Positions 47,665 to 52,412 of a stretch of 52,412 nucleotides of DNA are shown here, piece after piece. The notes under the pieces are model-generated. The model was given only the letters and a program-made list of their open reading frames with translations, searched no databases and was not told where the DNA came from. The DNA is from Piedraia hortae CBS 480.64 (lineage: Eukaryota), in contig MU006006.1 of the NCBI GenBank assembly GCA_010093745.1, positions 62,001 to 114,412 of the forward strand, in the 5' to 3' direction. The position numbers were made by a program, and so were the translations under genes. How positions within the stretch are numbered: the first letter of the stretch is position 1; every line of letters starts with the position of its first letter.

Positions 47665-48045
47665 TTATTCTTCCATCTTGTCGTCATCGTCAGCCTGAAA
47701 ATCCTCGTCTTCTGCGTCATCATCATCATCCTCGGCCATTTCCTTGGAGGCTTTGGAGTAGTCAATATTTTTTCCACGGGTCCGAGAGTTGACGATGTTG
47801 GTAGGGTCAATCTCCTCCAAGTTGTCCTCTTCGGGCTCCTCGGGCTCGACGTCAGCCTGGAAGATTGTCAGTGTGACCATGAGTCAGTACTCTCAACTTA
47901 CGTCAGTCTCTTCCTCATCTTCGCTGGAGTCCACAGAACCGACGTTCGGGGCCTTGCCCTTACCCTTGTCGGGCATCTCGGTGCCCCCCATGGCCGCGTC
48001 TCCCTGTTCCTTGGTCGCGGGATTAGTTACGTTGCTGGTATCCAT
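47665..48045 (-). CDS. CHZ1: Histone H2A.Z chaperone Chz1
   Basis: Acidic protein with the CHZ motif DNLEEIDPTNIVNSRTRGKNIDY and KGKGKA. Intron 47901-47857. Confidence 0.85.
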
Positions 48046-48261
48046 TGCAAAAGACAGCTGTCGAGTGGCGCAAGTGTCAGTGGATTGTCGGATGGAGCGC
48101 AAGACTGTTAGCAGGAGTGGTGGGCCAAACGCCGCGGAATTGTGCCCGCGCTGGCAATTAAACGCGTCTGAACCCCCGCGACGCGATCTGTCGCGTTCTG
48201 TCGCGTTTGTCGTGTCCCCCCGCGCGTTCCTCACGCGTTTCCAGGTCGCAACTCCCATCGA

Positions 48262-50709
48262 ATGCCTACAATGCCCACCAGATCACGCCCTGCCCACGCC
48301 CCTGGCTCCAGTTACTGCGCTTACACGCCCAACGGTAAGAAAATTGTCACTGTTGGTTCGAATAGCGCTCTCCGCATCTTCAATCATGGATTGGAAGACG
48401 AACCATCGACTATCGACGTCATGACCGACGAGCACACGGCTATAGCAGCATGTAGCGACTTCTTTGTGGTCGGCTCCACTGATGGCACGGTTTCAAAGTA
48501 CTCGTTTGCCACAAACTCTCTCGACAATGTTCTCATTCGTTCTTCACTTCCAATTCGAGATCTTGCCCTCGGAAAGAATAATGAGTGGTGCGCCGTTGCC
48601 AGTGATGAATTGGAGGTCAAAATTGTCAATACAATGGATATGACCAAGGTTAAATATCTAAGGGACCTCACCAGGCCGGCCAAACATGTCTCTTTTGATC
48701 CCAATGGGATCACCCTAGCCGTTTCCAGTACAGATGGGATAGTCTACTTATACAATCTGATAGAGGAGGAGCCTCTATTGGTCAAAAGATTGGATGGATT
48801 GGTGCAAATGCTCGACTCGGATGCAGAGGCAAGCTCCAAGGTTTACTGGCACCCAAATTCTGACATCTTTGGCGCTGCCACTGCTTCAAGGGATTTCCAA
48901 CTGGTTAATCGTAGTAGTTGGCAAAAGCAAAAGGCTTTCACCGCCGGTCATAGAGCGGATATTACCGCAGCTGCTTGGTCTCCAAACGGCTCCCTCCTTG
49001 TCACAGCTGACGAAAATAATGGTCTTTGTTTGTGGGAAATGCAGTCGCAGCGGATGATCAAAAACTTCGATGATGTGCAAAAGACCATCACTGCCATCAG
49101 CTGGCATCCAACGGAAAATACGCTGTCGTACACTGACGCCTATGGTGAGCTTTTCATCAGGGACGATTTTGTGCCTTCGACATACGCGAATCTGCTCTGT
49201 AAAGAGAATGACAAGCCTCTTCCTCGTTTAGATGCTGGCCTGGATGATCACCTCGATGATCTCCTCACCCCCGATGTCATGTCTGAAGATGGTGACTTCA
49301 TTGACGACGATGACGGGGCTGGATATGCTGAAGCATTTAACGTGAATGGAAAACGCCCAGCCCCCGCGCTCAATGGGCGGCCTGCAAAACGGTACGAAGG
49401 ATCATCAAGTTGGCGTCCGAAAATCCACGAGCCCATCCAGCCCGGGAGCACACCTTGGAACATTGATCGCAGATACCTCTGCCTCAACCTCACTGGCTTC
49501 ATCTGGACTCTCGATCAGGAATCCGAATACAATACTGTCACGGTCGAATTTTCCGACCGCCAAGCTCATCGCGACTTTCACTTCACTGATGTCTACAAGT
49601 ATGACAAAGCCTGTCTCAATGATAATGGCTCCCTGTTTTCCTGTGCCCCCTCGGCTCTCACCAAGAACCTTGCCATGATTCACTACCGGCCACATGAGAC
49701 GTGGACCACCCGATCTGATACACGCTTCTATCTCCCACCCGGCGAGGAAATCCTCTGCATGAGTCTTGGTGAAACAAGCATAGCTGTCGCTACCTCGTCC
49801 AGCTATGTCCGTGTATACAGCCTCTTTGGCACTCCCATCAAGGTCTACCGTTACCGAAATGCACCTGCAGTAACCTGCGCCAGTTTTCGGGACTATGTCA
49901 TGACCGTTGGCAATGGACCTGTTACCTCATCGGGCTCTACGCAACTAGTCTACACGATTGAAAACATCAAACGTGACGAAGTTTGCCAGTTGGACGATGT
50001 GCTCGCCCTGCCCGACGGCGTCAGCTTGAGATCCGTCTTCTTCAGCGACCGAGGAGATCCATGCATATACGACACTGAAGGCGTCCTCCTCGTCCTTCTA
50101 CATTGGCGTACACCTGGACAGGCCCGCTGGGTCCCCTTACTAGACACCAAAACCCTCGACCGGCTTGCCAGCGGTCGGAAAGAGGAGACCTATTTCCCCA
50201 TCGCCGTCGCACAAGAGAAATTCTACTGCATCATTCTAAAAGGCGGGCAGCAATACCCCTCCTTCCCCCGCCCTATTTCCACCTCTCTGGACCTCAAAAT
50301 TCCCATTTATGGCGCCAAGCCCGAAGATGATGACGAAGAAGAGGTAACTGGCAACTTCAAACTCGAAGAGCAGTTTGTGCGGACAAACATCCATCTCTCT
50401 CTCCTTGCAGACATGCTTGAAAACACAAATGCCACCTCTTCGCAAAAAGCGGAGCTACCTGCCCTCGAGCGCGAGCTCGACAAGCTTCTCTTGCAGCTCA
50501 TGGCTAATGAGTGCAGAGAAGGCGAGGAGAATGGCATGAAAGCGCTCGAACTCGCAACGATGATGAGAGATCGCTCTGGCAAAATGCTCGAGGCGGCTGG
50601 CAAGGTTGCGGCGAGGTTTGAGAGGGATGTCCTCGCCGAGAAGATCAGGGATTTGGCTGAGGGGAGGCTCGTTGGCCTTGTTGATGAAGATGATGTTGGG
50701 ATTTTGTAA
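48262..50709 (+). CDS. CTF4: Chromosome transmission fidelity protein Ctf4/SepB/Mcl1
   Basis: N-terminal WD40 repeats, then the SepB domain: QPGSTPW..RRYLCLN, YNTVTVEF, FFSDRGDPCIYD, WVPLLDT, FPRP. Confidence 0.93.
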   Translation: MPTMPTRSRPAHAPGSSYCAYTPNGKKIVTVGSNSALRIFNHGLEDEPSTIDVMTDEHTAIAACSDFFVVGSTDGTVSKYSFATNSLDNVLIRSSLPIRDLALGKNNEWCAVASDELEVKIVNTMDMTKVKYLRDLTRPAKHVSFDPNGITLAVSSTDGIVYLYNLIEEEPLLVKRLDGLVQMLDSDAEASSKVYWHPNSDIFGAATASRDFQLVNRSSWQKQKAFTAGHRADITAAAWSPNGSLLVTADENNGLCLWEMQSQRMIKNFDDVQKTITAISWHPTENTLSYTDAYGELFIRDDFVPSTYANLLCKENDKPLPRLDAGLDDHLDDLLTPDVMSEDGDFIDDDDGAGYAEAFNVNGKRPAPALNGRPAKRYEGSSSWRPKIHEPIQPGSTPWNIDRRYLCLNLTGFIWTLDQESEYNTVTVEFSDRQAHRDFHFTDVYKYDKACLNDNGSLFSCAPSALTKNLAMIHYRPHETWTTRSDTRFYLPPGEEILCMSLGETSIAVATSSSYVRVYSLFGTPIKVYRYRNAPAVTCASFRDYVMTVGNGPVTSSGSTQLVYTIENIKRDEVCQLDDVLALPDGVSLRSVFFSDRGDPCIYDTEGVLLVLLHWRTPGQARWVPLLDTKTLDRLASGRKEETYFPIAVAQEKFYCIILKGGQQYPSFPRPISTSLDLKIPIYGAKPEDDDEEEVTGNFKLEEQFVRTNIHLSLLADMLENTNATSSQKAELPALERELDKLLLQLMANECREGEENGMKALELATMMRDRSGKMLEAAGKVAARFERDVLAEKIRDLAEGRLVGLVDEDDVGIL

Positions 50710-52412
50710 CTTTCGTCGTCTTGGAGAGTGTGCTTGTGTATTAGTGGATGGGTGCCATGGCATTTGGAAGGGTTGAACAGGACACATGTTATTACAGCGT
50801 TGAAATACATAATGTTATCACAGACACATGGCACAGCATATGGTTTCAAAAATATAGAACGAGAAGCTTGGCGCCAGATGAGCTGTTATCAGAAGATGCA
50901 ACTCTCTGGGCTCATAACTTTTGGGATGGAAGGGAAATCTACCCACGTTACACCGATGTGGTGAAAGATGAAATGGACTACAGTTTGCGTTATCCCATGA
51001 CTATGAAAAGGAAGTGAAGAGAAGACTTGTGTGCCAAGACTGCCCCACATTCGACTGTTCCGGCACAACCCGAACCACATCCTCCCGGACTATGTCTTAT
51101 GGCATGACCATGTCCCAAGGAGAATAGGCTTGATAAGGCAGAAACCCAGGCAATCCCAGCGCCCTATTTAAATGAGAGATATCGGGTGCCCGTTACCCCG
51201 AAAGGTTTTGCCATCTCACAGAGAGGCTTTTCGTTGGGACAAGGTCACATCAGCATGTGGCTTCAGCGATCGAGTTCCGGCCCAGGGTCGGTCCCTTTGG
51301 CGTGAAAGCTTTACGCGCAGTATTGCTTAGAGACAAGCGTAGGTGTATTTGAAGAGCATACTGTATACAATACTCTCAGAACGACAGTTTATTGTCTTAC
51401 AAAACATCAAGCTCGGCCTCCTTCCTTGAACGGGCGCGAGGGCATAGGCTCAGGCGTGGCCCACCGACGCTTAGCATTTTGCGATTTCCGTCCCGTGACA
51501 GCTGTTGCCGTGTCCATGCGAGTATCATACAGTTACATAACCACCTTAAGTGGTTGAAGTGACTCTATCCATCAATTTTTTTAATGGTACCACCGTCATC
51601 AGAACAATCCAAACTATCTTATTCAGTATACGAGGCGACGCGTAGCGATTCGTGTTGTATGGTTGACCCCAATGACTGGTGTGAAGAAGGTGTGGAAAAT
51701 AAGCCGCTTATACCTGTGCTCCTGTAACAGGTGCCAGTAGTAAATTTAATCAGCTCAAGCACCCTTCCTCATCACTTCGATAGGAATTGTGACAGTGGGC
51801 TCTATGAGAAGTTTACACTCCACCTTTATCCCATGCTTTTGCCTAATATGCATGCTGATGCCCTGTTGGCTTGAGGCCCGCCGCCTTCTTGGAGTCTAGT
51901 CGTCCACATTTACTGCTGCCTGAACACACTCATATCAAGATAATCATGTAGTCCTGGGTACGGTATACTGCAGGTGCCGGCACCGATTATCAACCCAATC
52001 GAGGCGTTGACGTGCAGGAACGATAGGCCTGTCAAATGATCGCAATCTCTACATATGTCATAATCCTGACTGAAGCACGCCAGCCATGAAGCAAGTTCCA
52101 ACAGCAATCAAGAATCGAAGAGGCTGATAGCACCCATGATGATCTCCTGCAGATATATACCAGTCGCTTTACCAGGCGCGTAAAGGCGAGTCACCGTAAT
52201 CATGCTCTGATAACTAGATGAAGGCAGAAACTCTGACTACCTTCCGTGCAAGATGATATCGAAGCTTACGTATAAGCTTTTGAAGATGACTGTTCATGTT
52301 CAAACCGCTGAATGATACGTTGAATATGGACGGAATCTATCCACAGATGGGGTGTTGTGAATATGCGGTATATTACGCGCATTATTAGTAACCGTCGCTC
52401 GGCTCTCGACTT

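Noticed and set aside
50728..52412. Short ORFs and small palindromes (e.g. AAGCTTA-cgta-TAAGCTT near 52262)
   Set aside because: No coding signal or repeat support; compatible with chance.

Overview
Eukaryotic (filamentous ascomycete, Pezizomycotina-type) DNA from a very compact genome, with 43-63 nt introns and tiny intergenic gaps. Positions 1-10.6 kb are a gene-free accessory zone. It holds a TA-flanked Tc1/mariner-type MITE, a thrice-repeated structured motif, a shattered DDE-type (CMC/Plavaka-like) transposase, a 3' LINE remnant with a (CAAC)6 tail, a TPR-like fragment and a truncated paralogue of the NACHT-WD40 gene found 20 kb away. Positions 10.7-50.7 kb are mostly conserved housekeeping genes: EDC4-like, NEO1, SEC16, RAD57, YAT1, YPT1, WW-domain protein, alpha-tubulin, PGA1-like, SER1, LYS4, WD40, CHZ1 and CTF4. 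Among them are an intact NACHT-WD40 (NLR-like) gene and two F-box-like genes. The most striking cryptic feature is in YPT1. Its first intervening sequence reads as a spliceosomal twin intron: an inner intron splits the outer donor as GTG|AGT, and two sequential splices restore the conserved MNPEYDY N-terminus. All family assignments come from motif recognition by eye, not from database searches.
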